Assembly: GCF_963921235.1 (NCBI RefSeq)
Contig: NC_086097.1
Span: 167,154,001-167,218,000, forward strand
Length of the DNA stretch: 64,000 bases
Source: Mobula hypostoma
Lineage: Eukaryota
Direction: 5' to 3'
Part shown: one piece after another, positions 23,563 to 37,030 of the stretch
Position numbering within the stretch: the first letter of the stretch is position 1
Layout: each line of letters starts with the position of its first letter
The notes under the pieces: generated by a model
What the model saw: only the letters and a program-made list of their open reading frames with translations
What the model was told of the DNA's origin: nothing
The model's database searches: none
Made by a program: the position numbers and the translations under genes

Positions 23563-26500
23563 GAACTTCACCACAATTACAGGGTGCAGTAGATAGTTAA
23601 AGATTTAATAGCAATTATCACAATGCAAACAGATACAATGAACCTCAGTACAGTATCATGTCCCACAGTTAGTTTCAAATGCAGCATGGGTGCCACACTT
23701 GTTCCACAATGCACACTTTATATTGAGTTATCTCTGTAACTTATGGAATTGTTTCTTTTTAGCAAATAACTGTCTTTGAAATAAGCCCTTCCATCCAGAG
23801 TCTATTCCAATCATCAACTATTCATTTACACTAATCCCAGTTTTAATTCTTTACATTTTCTCATCAGGTTCCACCACTCATGTGCAAAGTTAGGGACCAT
23901 TTACAGTGGCAAATTAACCTATCAATCTTCATGTCTTTGGAATTGAAGAAGAACCAGAGACATAGATTGCCGCAGCAAAGAAACTAGGCCCTTTGATCCA
24001 ACCAGTCTATGCTGACTTAACGCCTGCTTAGTCACACCTACCTGCACATACACCCTGCAAATCCCTCTCATTCACAAACTATTAAAATTCTCTTAAATAT
24101 TACAATTGAAGCCACATCTACTGCATTTGCACTCAAAGGAACCCCACACAGTTACAGGAAGAATGTAGGAATTCCACAGAGACAGCACTTGGGGTCAGAA
24201 CCAAGCCCAGATCACTGGAGTCATGAGGCAGTGGCCCTGTCAGCTGAGCCACAGTGATGCAATAGACAAAGGGTAAGTTTCCTTAAGTAGCAAATTTTAA
24301 AGGAAGCTCTGTAGTTGAGTCTCTACTGGTTGTGACACTGTGTCACCTGTGGAAATGAATCAGTCATATTGTAAAATAATGTAAATGTAATTGTATCTAT
24401 CATTCCATATCCATCATAGGATCTCCTTTGACACTCCTACAAAGCAATATTGTGTGGCAGTCACATTGTACCACGCAGTACACTATTTTTTTTAAAATTC
24501 AAGAGTATCAAGGAACAGAAGTGAGTGCAGTTGATATTACTAAAGAGAAGGTTCTTGGGAAGCTGAAAGGTCTATAGGTAGATAAGCCAACTGAACCAGA
24601 TGGACTACAACACAATGTTCTGAAAAAGGTAGCTGAAGAGTTTGTGGAGGCATTAGTAATGATCTTTCAACAATCATTAGATTCTGGAATGGTTCCAGAG
24701 GACTGGAAAATTGCAAATGTCACTCCACTCCAAGAAGGGAGGGAGGTTGAAGAGAGGAAATTATACGCCAGTTAGCCTGACTTCAGTGGTTGAGAAGATG
24801 TTGGTCCACTATTAAGAACGAGGCTTTGGGGTACTTAGAGGCACATAGAGGCACATGATGAAATCGGCCAAAATAGGCCATGGCTTCCTTAAAAGGAAAT
24901 CTTGCCTGACAAATCTGTTGAAACTCTTTGAGGAAATAAAAGGCAGGGTGGACAAAGGACAGTCAGTGGATATTGTTTACTTGGATTTTCAGAAGGACTT
25001 TGACAAGGTGCCGCACCTGAGGCTGTTTAACAAGATAAGAGCCCATGGTATTACTAGCATGGATAGAAGATTGCCTTTTCTAGGTTGGTTGCCGATGACT
25101 AGTGTTTCACAGGGGTCAGTGTTGGGACCATCCCTTTTCATGTTATATGTGAATAACTTGAATGATGGAATTGATGGCTTTGTGGTCAAGTTTACAGATG
25201 GTACAAAGATGGGTGGAGAGACAGGTGGTATTGACAAAGCAGGGAGTCTGTAGAAGGACTTAGACAGATTGGAAGAATGGGAAAAGAAGTTTCAGATTAA
25301 ATATAGTGCAGGGAATTGTATGGTCTTGCACTTTGGTAGAAGGAATAAAAGTGTAGACTATTTTCTAAATGGCAGAAAATTCAAAAATCAGAGGTGCAAA
25401 GCTTCTTGTACAGAATTCCCTAAAGATTAACTTCTTGGTTGAGTCAGTGGAAAGGAAGGTAAATGCAATGTTAGCATTGACTTTGCGAGGACTAGAATAC
25501 AAGAGCAAGGGTGCAGGGCTGTAAAGAGCAAGGATACAGCGATATAAAGAGCAATTTTACACCCCTTATCTAAGAAAAGTTGTACTGGCATTGGAGAGGG
25601 TACAGAGGAGGCTTACAAGAATAATTCTGGGAATGAAAGGGTTAACATACAAGGAGCCTTTGATGGCTCTGGGCCTGTACTCGCTGAAGTTTGAAAGAAT
25701 GGTGGGGGGTGTTGTAGTGTGTGAAGGATATGGGTGCAGTTACTATTACAAGGGAGAAGGTGCTCAAAAAGCTGAAAACCCTAAAGGTGCATAAATCACC
25801 CAGACCAGATGAACTGCACCCTAGGGTTCTGAAAGGTAGCATTAGAGATGTGGTGGCATTAGAGATGATCTTTCAAAAATCATTGGACTCTGGCATGGTG
25901 CCAGAGGACTGGAAAATTGCAAATGTTACTCCACTCTTTAAGAAAGGAGGAAGGCAGCAGAAAGGAAATTATAGACCAGTTAGCCTGACCAGTTAGTGCT
26001 TGGGAAGATGTTAGAGTCAATTGTTAAGGATGAGGTGATGGAGTACTTGGTGACACAGGACAAGACAAAGGACAAAGATACAGGACAAAGTCAGCATGGT
26101 TTCCTTCAGGGAAAATCCTGCCTGATGAACCGGTTGGAATTCTTTGAGGAGACTACAAGTAGGATAGATAAAGGGGATCAGCAGATGTTGCATATTTGGA
26201 CTTTCAGAAGGCCTTTTACAAGGTACCACACATGAGGCTGCTTACCAAGTTAAGAGCCCATGGCATTACAGGAAAGTTACTAACATTATTAGAGCATTGG
26301 CTGATTGGTAGGAGGCAGCAAGTGGGAATAAAAGGATCCTTTTCTGGTTGGCTGCCAGTGACTAATGTTGTTTTGCAGGGGTCGGTGTTGGGACCACTTC
26401 TTTTTATGTTGTATATAAATGATTTAGATGATGGAACAGATGGCTTTGTTGCCAAGTTTGCAGATAATACAGGGATTGGAGGAGGGGCAGGTAGTGTTGA

Positions 26501-27047
26501 GGAAACAGGTAGGATGCAGAAGTACTTAGACAGATTAGGAGAACGGGCAAGAAAGTGGCAAATGAAATACAATGTTGGAAAATGCATGGTCATGCACATT
26601 GGCAGTAGAAATAAATGTGCAGACTATTTTCTCAACGGGGAGAAAATCCAGGCATCTGAGATGCAGAGGGACTTGGGGGTCCTTGGGTAGAACACCCTGA
26701 AGGTTAATTTGCAGGTTGAGTCAGTGGTGAGGAAGGCAAATGCCAAGTTAGCATTCATTTCAAGAGGTCTAGAATACAAGAGCAAGGATGTGATGCTGAG
26801 GCTTTATAAGACACTGCTGAGGTTTCACCTTGAGTATTGGGTACAGTTTTGGGCTCTTCATCTTAGAAAAGATGTGCTGGCATTGGAGAGGGTCCAGAGG
26901 AGGTTCACAAGGATGATTCCAGGGATGAAAGGGTTATCATACGAGGAATGTTTGATGGCTCTGGGTCGGAATTCAGAAGGATGAGGGGGGAAATCTCATT
27001 AAAACCTTTCAAATGTTGAAAGGCCTAGACAGAGTAGATGTGGAAAG

Positions 27048-27510
27048 CAAACACGAGAAAATCTGCAGATGCTGGAAATTCAAGCAACACACACAAAATG
27101 CTGATGGAGCACAGCAGGCCAGGCAGCATCTATAGGAAGAAGTACAGTCGAAATTTCGAGTTGAGACCCTTCATCAGAACTAATGCAAAAAAGAGATAGT
27201 AAGAGATTTGAAAGTGGGAGGGGGAGGGCGGAGACCCGAAATGATAGGAGAAGACAGGAGGGGGAGGGATGAAGCCAAGAGCTGGGAGGTTAATTGGCAA
27301 AAGGGATACAAGGCTGGAGAAGGGGGAGTATCATGGGATGGAAGGCCTTGGAAGAAAGAAAGGGGGAGGGGAGCACCAGAGGAAGATGGAGAACAGGCAA
27401 GGAGTTATTGTGAGAGGGAAAGAAAGATAGATAAATAAATAATAAATTAAGGATGGGGCAACCATCCCTAATTTATTATTTATTTATACCAGCATTTTGT
27501 GTGTGTTAGT
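27048..27510 (-). mobile_element. PLE pLTR insertion with a short inverted second arm, inside CR1
   Basis: PLE tail and purine-rich UTR on the minus strand, folding back near 27460 (aataaattaaggatgg / ccatccctaatttatt). 13-bp TSD TAGATGTGGAAAG at 27035-27047 and 27511-27523. Confidence 0.85.
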
Positions 27511-27809
27511 TAGATGTGGAAAGGATGTTTCCCATGGTGGGAGAGTCTAGGACAAGAGGGCACAGCCTCAGGGTAGAGGGGCATCCATTCAAAACAGAGA
27601 TTTGGTGAAATTTCTTTAGGCAAAGGGTGGTGAATTTATGGAATTTGTTGCCGCATGCAGCTGTGGAGGCCATGTCGTTGGTTGTATTTAAGGCAGAGAT
27701 TAATAGGTTCTTGATTGGACATGGCATCAAAGGTTACGGGGAGAAGGCCAGGAGCTGGGGTTGAGGAGGAGATAGAAAAAAAAGATCAGTCATGATTGAA
27801 TGGCGGAGC

Positions 27810-28710
27810 AAGCATACAGAGAGGAGGTGCAGCGGCTAACGGACTGGGCCAGAGCCAACAACCTGTCTCCGAATGTAAATAAAACAGAAGAGATGGTTGT
27901 TGACTTCAGGAGAGCACAGAGTGACCACTCTCCGTTAAACATTAACGACTGCTCCGTAGAGATCGTTAAGAGCAGCAAATTTCTTGGTGTTCACCTGACG
28001 GAGAATCTCACCTGGTCCCTCCACACCAGCTCCATAGCCAAGAAAGCCCAGCAGCATCTCTACTTTCTGCGAAGGCTGAGAAAAGTCCATCTCCCACCCC
28101 CCATCCTCACCACATTTTACAGAGGATGTATCGAGAGCATCCTGAGCAGCTGCATCACTGCCTGGTTCAGAAATTGCACCATCTGGGATCGCAAGACCCT
28201 GCAGCGGATAGTGAGGTCAGCTGAGAAGATCATCAGGGTCTCTCTTCCCGCCATTACTGTACAGACATTTACACTACACGCTGTACTCGTAAAGCCAACA
28301 GCATTGTGAACAGCCCCATGCACCCCTCATACAAATACTTCTCCCTCCTGCCAACTAGCAAAAGGTACCAAAGCATTTGGGCTGTCACGACCAGACTGGG
28401 CAACAGTTTCTTCCCCCAAACCATCAGACTCGTTAATACCCAGAGACTAGACTAACATCTACATCATTTATTATTATATTGTAATTTGTCCTCTTCTGTG
28501 CCTATTGCCTTGTTTATTATTTATCGCACTGCCCTGCACTGTTTTGTGCATTTTATGTAGTCCTGTGTAGGTCTGTAGTCTAGTGTCGTTTTGTGTGTTT
28601 CCTGTAGCACCATGGTCCTGGAGGAACGTTGTTTCATTTTTACTGTGTACTGTGCCAGCAGTTTATGGTCGAAATGACAATAAAAAGCCACTTGCCTTGA
28701 CTTGACTTGA
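27810..28710 (+). mobile_element. Rex1/Babar retrotransposon 3' portion inserted in the CR1 3' UTR
   Basis: ORF 27800..28309 ([50 protein letters not shown]). (acttg)n tail at ~28690-28710. Confidence 0.9.
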
Positions 28711-29467
28711 GATAGCCTAATTCTGCTCCTATGTCTTAAGGTCTTATTGAAAAGTCTGGGTAGAGTGGATGTGGGGAAGATGTTTCCTATAGTGGGTGAG
28801 TCTAGGACCAGAGGACACAACCTCAGAATAAGGAGATGTCCATTTAAAACAGAGACGAGGAGAAATTTCTTTCATCAGAGGGTTGTGTATATGTGGAATT
28901 AATTGCCTCAGATGGCTGTGGAGGCCAAGTCACTGAGTTAATTTAAAGTGGAGGTTGATGAATGGTCTTGAATGGTCAGGGTGTCAAAGATTACGAGGAG
29001 AAGACTGGAGAATGGAATTCAGAGGGATAATAAATCAGCCATGATGGAGTGGTGCAGGATACTCGATGGGCTGAATGATTTAATTCTGCTCCTTAGTCTT
29101 GTCAAGTCCCAGCACTATCTTGTAAATTTCTCTGCACTCTTTTAAGCTTATTGCTCTCTTTCCCAAAAGTAGGTGAGCAGATGTATACACAATACCCAAA
29201 ATTCTTATAGCACACGAATAACTGAAGCTGTATATGGCATTGGTGAGCTGAATGTGGGTTATTGTGTGTAGCTTTGCTCACCTAACTTCGGCAAAGATAT
29301 CAGTAAGCTTAAAGAATGCAGAGAAAATTGACAGGGATGTTGCTGGAACTTAAGTTAAAGGGAAAGGTAGAATAGGTTAGCATTTTATTCACTGGAGAAC
29401 AGAAGAATGAGAGATTTTAAATAGAGGTATAAAAAATTATGAGGTATATAAAATCGGGTGAATGTTT

Positions 29468-31205
29468 GGAATCAGAATCAAGTTTAATATCACCGGCAAT
29501 ATCTCATGAAATTTGTTGGTCTGTGGCAGCAGTACATAATAAAAACTATAAATTACAGTAATAAAAAAATTAAATTAATAGTGTGAAAAGGAAAAAAATG
29601 AGGTAGTGTTCAAAGGATAATTATCCATTCAGAAATCTGATGGTGGAGGGGAAGAAACTGATCCTAAAACATTGAATGTCTGTCTTCTGGTTCCTGTACC
29701 TCCTCCTCAATGGTAGCAATGAGATGGGGGCGGGGGGGGGGGCTCTCATTGATGTTCTTAATATCACCTTTTTGAGGCATTATCTTTTGAAGGTGTTCTG
29801 GGTGCTGGTTTGTCTAGTGCCCATGATGGAGCTCGCAAAGTTTTCAACTTTCCACAGCTTTTTTTCAATACTGTGCTGTGGCCCCTCCCTATCAGAAGGT
29901 GATGCAACTAGTTAGAATGTTACCCACCGTACGTATGTAGAAATTTGCGAGCGTCTTTGGTGACATACCAATTCTCCTCAAACTCCTAATGAAACATAGC
30001 TATGGTTGAGTCTTCTTTGTAATTGCAGCAATATGTTGATAGATCTTCAGAGATCTTGACATCCAGGAACTTGAAACTGCTCATCCTTTCCACTGCTGAT
30101 CCTTCGATGAGGACTGGTGTATTCCCTCGACTTCCCCTCCCTGAAGTTCACAATCAATTGCTTGGTCTTACTAACATTAAGTGCAAGGTTGTTGCTGTAA
30201 CAACACTCAATCAGCTGATTTATCTCACTCTTGTGTGCCTTCTCATCGCCATCTAAAATTCTGCCAACAATAGTTGTGCCTTCAGAAATCTATAGATGCC
30301 GTCTAAGCTGTGCCTAGCTACACAATTATGGGTATAGAGAGAGTGTGACAGTGTTGATCATCACTGAGGAGATGTTATTTCTGATTCACACAGAATGTGG
30401 TCTCCCAGTGAAAAAATCAAGGATTCAGTTGCAGAGGGAGGTACAGAGGCCCATGATTTGGAGCTTGTTGATGAGAACTGAAGGTATGATGGCATTGAAT
30501 GCTGAGCTGTAGTCAATAAACAGCAATAGGTATTGCTATTGTCCAGGTGTTCCAAGGCCAAGTGGAGAGCCAGTGAGCATCCGCTGTAGGTCTATTGCGG
30601 CAATAAGCACACTGCCACTGATCCAGGTCCTGTTTAGGCAGGAGCTGATTCTAGCTGTGACCAACCTCTGAACACATTAGCGTGGGTGGCACTGGGTGTA
30701 AGTCATTGAAGCAACTCACCCGGCTCTTCTTGGTCACCGGTAGTATTAGTGCCCTTCTGAAGCAGGTGGAAACCTCTGACTGCAGCAGTGAGAGATTGAA
30801 GACGCTCTTGAACACTACTGCCAGTTGGGTGGCACAGGTTTTCAGAGCCCTCCCAGGTACACCATCAGGAACTGGCTTCACCCTCCTGGAAGATGTTCTG
30901 ATGTCAGCCTCCCAGACAGAGATCAAAGGGTCACCAGATGGTGCAGCGATTTGCACAGGTGTAGTTTTATTCTCTCTTTCAAGGCATGCATAAAAGGCAT
31001 TGAGCTCATCTGGGAGGGAAGCATCTCTGCCATTCATGAGATTAGGTTTCACTTTGTCAGAAGTAGTGGCCTGCAAACCCTGCCAGAGCTGACGTGCATC
31101 TGATTCGGTCTCTAACCTCAACGGAACTGTTTCTTTGCCCTCAAAATAGCCCTCTGCAGGGTTGTACCTGGACATCCGGTGTAGTTCTGAAGGCTGGCTT
31201 TCGCC
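29468..31205 (-). mobile_element. Older Rex1/Babar retrotransposon splitting a CR1 3' fragment (29215-29465, 31205-31500)
   Basis: ORF 30651..31211 (DARQLWQGLQ, SLPDELNAFYA, PDGVPGRALKTCA, PVxKK). An aatcagaatcaagtttaat tail lies at ~29470. Confidence 0.85.
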
Positions 31206-33854
31206 CTTCAAATTGGATGAGACTAGAACTAGAGATCATACATTCAGCACAAAAGGTGAAATATTTAAGGAGAATCTGAGGGGTATCTTCTTCACTCAGA
31301 GGGTAGTGCGAATGTGGAATGAGCTAACAGCAGAAGTGGTAGATACAAGTTCAATTGTAAAGGCTGCAGAGAAGTTTGGATAGGTACATGGAAAGCTATG
31401 GTTCAAATGTAGATAGGTGAAACGAGGCAGAAGACCACACTAACCCTGACTAGATGGGCCAAAGGGCCTAATTCTGTGCTGTGGTGCTCGATGACTTTAG
31501 TTGGCCACATATCCAATATTCTCGGACACCCTCTTTGGACATTGAATCAGAGGAGACAAGCTCAGCATAACTGAATATAACCCAGTTATTCCACGTTTTT
31601 TTGCACCAGCCCACATCTTAAATCTTTTACAATGGCTGCCCTCAATTTTAAAGATCCTCACCAGCCTGGACACATCCTCTTCACCTTACTACCCGGGCAG
31701 AGGTACAGCAGCCTACAGGCCAACAAACAGAGTTTGAGAATGGCTTCTTCCTCTCCACCATCAGATTTCTGAATGGCTCTATAAACCCATCAGCACCACC
31801 TTACTATTCATCTTTTGGCACTTTTTTTTTATAATTTATAGGAATTTTTAATCTGTTGCACTGCACTACTGCCACAAAACAACTTTCACAGCAACACACA
31901 CAAAATTCTGGAGGAACACAGCAACCCGGACACCACAGACGCTGCCTGGCCTGCTGAGCTCCTCCAGCATTTTGTGTGTATTGTTTTGGATTTCCAGCAT
32001 CTGCAGATTTCCTCATGTTTATAATCAGTAATAACAATCCTGATTCTAAATAATTTTAAGTATTTACATTTCAAGTCCAGGCTTCACCTGATAAAAACCC
32101 AAAATAAAAAAAACAGAAAAAAGATTAAACAATTGCAGATCTTATTAAAAAAAACATGTGGACAAACAGCAAATCAAAATATTGTAGCAAGTCTCCTGAT
32201 AAGATCCACTCATATCACACAATGATAAATGCATGTGATGGCAATTCTAAAACAGGGATTATAACTTGACAATGTTCCTGCCATGGATGACTTATAGACT
32301 CATACAGATTTCTACCTTTCAAACTGAAGTTTGCCCACTGAATATTCACAGGGTTAATCTGGTGTACATACACCCATTGAAATCAAAATAAGGAAGATCA
32401 TATTTAGTTTAACCAAGTTATTTTAAATGTTGTAATTGTTTTTAATCATGTAAATGTCTAATTTTTAAACACTTTTTATCATTATTTCATTTATCTTTGA
32501 CAGTATTTCAATTTCTTTACACTGTTCCAATACAATTTTCGATGTTTGAAAGACATTCAGAATGTTAACAAACAAGAGACTGCAGATACTGGAATTGGCA
32601 GCATCCGTGGAAAAGAGGAAAGACATTTTTCTCAGTCCTGATGCTGTATTTTACCCACCCCACCCCCAAAAAAAAAATTGAAATTCCTTCTCCTGGCCCA
32701 CAAATGCTGCTTGACCCACTAAGTTTCCCCAGAAGATTAGCCGTTGCTGCAGAAATACTTGTAGCCATGACTGCCACGGAGCCTGGGGCAGCAGCTTCAT
32801 CAGTTATCAAAACCATTCCTTGGGCTGAACAATGAGCCAACCTTCCAGCAGAAAACTGCACCCAGAACCCCTCTGGGAGAAACCACATGGTCCATGACTC
32901 AATAAGAGACCAGTCTTAGTCTCAGTCTTTATGTAGTGTGACATCTTAACGTCCACTCAACCATCCAAAGGTCAGTCAAGCATCTCACCATATCATTGAG
33001 GGTCACAAAAAAACAATTAGTAATCATGCTTATATTGCAAATCACTTAATTTTAGTTCTCTCCTCCACCCCTTCCCCAGCATTATGAAAAAAGAGAAAAA
33101 TACTCAAAAGTTTGGAATAAATTGTAACAATTTTTCCACTTCACTCATTGACATTTAAAAATGCACATGTCTTTCATTTTGACATGCAGGCCACAATCTC
33201 TGATTCATCCACGAGGCTAACTCCCTCCACACAGTGATGCCTGTGCCAGCAGCTGTGAATAATTACTCTGAAGGCCTGTCTGTGAAAGTTGAAAATGGTC
33301 AGTCTGTTGTTCATTGAGTAGCTCCAGTAATGAAAAATAGAAGTTTCAATTCCATTGATAGTGGAACATTTTTCATAATCAATTGCTAGACTGCATTTTA
33401 TTTCCTCAGACCACTATGACCCTTGGCTGTTGTTTACCAGGCTATTAGTTGAATTATAATTTAACAACTGAGAATTGTCCAGAGGCAAATGCTCAAGGAT
33501 GGCTTAAATTCTCTTGGAAAAAAAAGTGCAACATCTGCATTAAATCTAATGATTTTCTGGCCCATCTTTCTTCAAAGTAGAGAAGCATCTGTGATGGGAA
33601 ATTGGCCGCTGGACACGGTCCTGCGTAAATACTCATATACTACCCATCCTCCAGGTATTAGCTTCTTCTTAATGGAAATATCTACCATTCCCAGATCTAC
33701 ATCAGTCACCCCAAAAACAGAATCATCTTAAATCATGATGGATTGCCCAGAAAAAAAAGTTTCAAGAGGAGCTAAAAACAGGAAGGATACCTCCAGATAA
33801 CCATCACAGTGACTAGCCAGACAAGCCTAGGCTTTATGCAGTGTTAGAGAGTCA

Positions 33855-34090
33855 GTAGTATTGTGGTTGCACCACTTGAATAGGAGTTCAAATCCCTCAA
33901 TGGCAGGAAATGAATTTCAATTAATTAAATAAATTAATTGATTTGAAATTTCATCTAATTGACTTCAGGAAACCCCACCTGGACCTATATTTTATTCCAA
34001 GCCCACAGCAATGCAGTTGACTCTTTACCTCCCTCTGAAATGCCACTTACATCAAGAGCAATCAGGGCGTAACCTTGCTGGTAAATGAGC
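33855..34090 (+). mobile_element. Ancient SINE remnant; a second copy at ~40880-41120 plus ~41800-41875 is split by a CR1
   Basis: gagttcaaatccc (B-box-like) and ccaagcccacagcaatgcagttgactctttacctccctctgaaatg resemble a shark SINE body as I recall it. Highly decayed. Confidence 0.4.
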
Positions 34091-37030
34091 TAACAAACAA
34101 AAGGTGGTAATGTTTGCTTGAATCCAGATTGGAAATGATCTGTGTTTTGGATACATCATTAAAATATCCAATAACGTTTTACTAGCACTAATGGGTTTTT
34201 TCCCCACTTTTTCTGCTTAGTAGGGTTTTTTTATTATCACAAAACGTTTAATCATTAAGATAATGCTTTTTTTCCTTGAGACATTGCAAGTGTTGTTACT
34301 TCGATGTACTCGTGTTACGTTTTTTGAATAATATAATAATAAAAATATTTGAAAAGAAAGAAAAGAGAAGAGCTTTTTACTAGCATATGTCCTTTCTTGA
34401 TTTAAAATGGAGTATGGAGCAATATAGCATGGATAAAGGCCCTTTAGTCCATTTAGTCCATGCTGACTGCAGTGGCCATCCAGTTAGTCCCATTTTCTTG
34501 CGTTCAATCCACATCCTTTCAGGCCACACCAAGTGCGTCTTAAATTATACTACTGCACCCACTTCAACTGCTTCCTCTGGCAGCTCATTCCATACACTCA
34601 CCACCCTTTGCTTCCATTTTAAGTCTTTCCTTTCTCACCCTAAATCTTTGCCACTTGGTTTTGGACTCTGCTACACTAGTGATCCAGATGTTTCTCACGA
34701 TAGGTTCAAGCCAAAAGAAAACAATTTACACAGAGAACGGGTGAGTTCAATGAAGAGTTTTGCCTGAGAACACTGGGAATCACATTCTAGAATCTCGCAA
34801 AACAACAGTTAAGTCGATCTCTGTATGGCTGTCCAAAGAAGAAACTTCAACCCTTGCTTTAAAGAATTAACATAAGAGATGTGCACATCAGCCAAATTAT
34901 TCCTGTCATGTGTTGAAACACCAGTCTGATGGGTGTTTTTCATCTTGTAAAATGATTATTAGTTGCCACATGTGCAATTAGCTTTTATGCTGTGTCATTT
35001 GGCAAAGTCAAAACATGTATTCAGTATTGAGATAGTCCCATAAAGTTATATTGCACTCACGTCACAGAAAGGAACTTCAGCGTTTCCAAAGAAAATACCA
35101 ACTCTGTTTCCCAAAAATCTCATCTGTCAAAACTACTTGGTTGGCTGACCAGCAAGTCAAAATACAAATAAATCTAAATCAAATCGATATAATTAATCAA
35201 AAATAATATAGCAGCAGAATTTTTAAAAACCATTAAAACATGAATGGGACCTCATATAGAAGGGCAAACTTGCTACTAAGGCCCCCAGCTAGTTTTAATC
35301 CCTATATTACTTAAACAAACTTGCATAAACAGTGCAACTTTAGATGTCAAAAAAGCCAAGGCAGTAAATTGAAACGGTATGAAGGAGGGTCCTTCTATGG
35401 TTTGAAAATGCTCACAGACATATTGATATCAACCACAAACAGAAAAATGCTTACACACACAAGTGACAAGAACTTTGTCCATCCTGTTCAGATGTGATTC
35501 AGTCTGTAAGTCCAAAGCAAATTGCTGAGGACACACCTGATATTGGATCAAAGGGCCTCATTCAAATTAGTTTTATGGAATGTAATCATTGTGGCCCAGA
35601 AATAAGCCACTCAACCCATAGAGTTGCTGCCTGTTTGAGCAGTGAAATCCCATCACTTCTGCTTTTCCCCCTTGGTCATCCAAGACTCGATTCGATTCCC
35701 ACTCTTCTTATAATCACTCCCTTCAGCTCATTATTTTGATTCTGTGCCCCACCAATCCTCTCTCTCATTTTTGAATAATCCACCACTGGAAATAGCTTTC
35801 CTATATCTACCCTATCTGCATCACCTGGCCATGTCATCTTCTGAACAATGATCCTCAGTTAAAGGCCCTTGGAGACAGTGAGAAAGTAAAAGAAGAAACC
35901 TTCTGACCATGGTTGGAACCATTCATGAGGCGTGCCATGTTGACTAAGTACCATGGAATCACCCCACCTTTCACATCAGACTCTGTTAGAATTTCTGTGA
36001 TAAGGTAATCAATCAGAACAAATTTGAGACTCAACTAAGGTATAACATTCCTATACTCCCCAGCTTTCATAAAAACTCTCTTGTAATTCCACATCCACAT
36101 TAGTAGATTGTAATTTTGTCCTCCATTTCCAATACATACTATACCCTTCCGTGTCCAAATAATGTTATGTGGTTCTAGTCAGTGCCTTCATTCTTCAACC
36201 CTTTAACTGCCAAGAATTAGAATACAAATTCATGCAAAGCTGTAATAAGAATGTTGGAATTGCCCATCGGAAAGAAGGTCATTAGCTTGAAATGTTGACT
36301 CCACATCTTTCTACACAGGTGCTGCGTGACTCGCTGAGCATTCTTTTAGTCTTTATTATAAACTGAATGTCATTATCATTTGGTCTAAGCACTTACTACA
36401 GTGCAGCATCAGTGATGTGATAAGGATGTTTCCTCTTGTGGAAGAATTTGGAAAATGGGGTCAGTGTTTTTAAAAATAAAAGAGGGTCAGTCATTCATGA
36501 CAGGATAGATATAAAGCTTTTTCTCTGACATTTGTGGCCTTCTTTTGTTGTTAAACCTCTTCTCCAAAAGATGATGGGACTCCAAAAAAAAAGCCAAAAT
36601 GAACTCGATAAGAGAGGATAAAAGGCGACTCTGTGCAGATGGGAAAATTGTAATGAGGTTACAATCAGATCAGCCTTGATTTTATGAAATGATAGTTTAG
36701 GCTCAGCCAACACAAACTTTCAGCAAAATGCAAGTGGCCAGTGAACTCAGTATGTCAGGGAGTATCTGTGGACGCAGGGGCATTGTTGACATTTCAGCTC
36801 AAAATCCTGCCTCAGGACCAAGTGCAAAGGGAAGGAGGTCAATATAAAGCGGTGAGAGGAGGAGTGAATCAGGAGCTGGCAAGAACCCTTCTCCATAACC
36901 TGCATTTGCAGGCCATCTGCCATCTACACTCTCAGTCCTGATGTAGAGTCTTAACCCAAAACTTTGCCTCCACAGATACTATTTAATCTTCAAGTTCTTC
37001 CAGCAGTTTTTATTTCATTCCAGATTACCA

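Larger units (their letters stand above)
25725..28745 (+). mobile_element. CR1 LINE (inner copy): 25725-27047, 27511-27810, 28711-28745
   Basis: ORFs 25721..25996, 25996..26235, 26196..26690 and 26709..26984 carry KSPxPDELHPRVLK, NYRPVSLTS, QHGF, KFAD and LERVQRRFTRMIPG. The 3' tail aattctgctcctatgtctta follows the Rex1 insert. Confidence 0.9.
24520..29105 (+). mobile_element. CR1 LINE (outer, older copy): ORF2 pieces 24520-25700, 3' end resumes at ~28746-29105
   Basis: VPEDWKIANV, HGFLKRKSCLTNL, YLDFQKDFDKVPH, QGSVLGP and ERVQRRLTR motifs. The 3' UTR lies beyond the nested inserts. Confidence 0.85.

Noticed and set aside
33571..33730. ~52-codon open minus-strand frame (DDSVFGVTDVDLGMVDISIKKKL...)
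   Set aside because: No strong donor or acceptor and no recognisable homology; this length is expected by chance.
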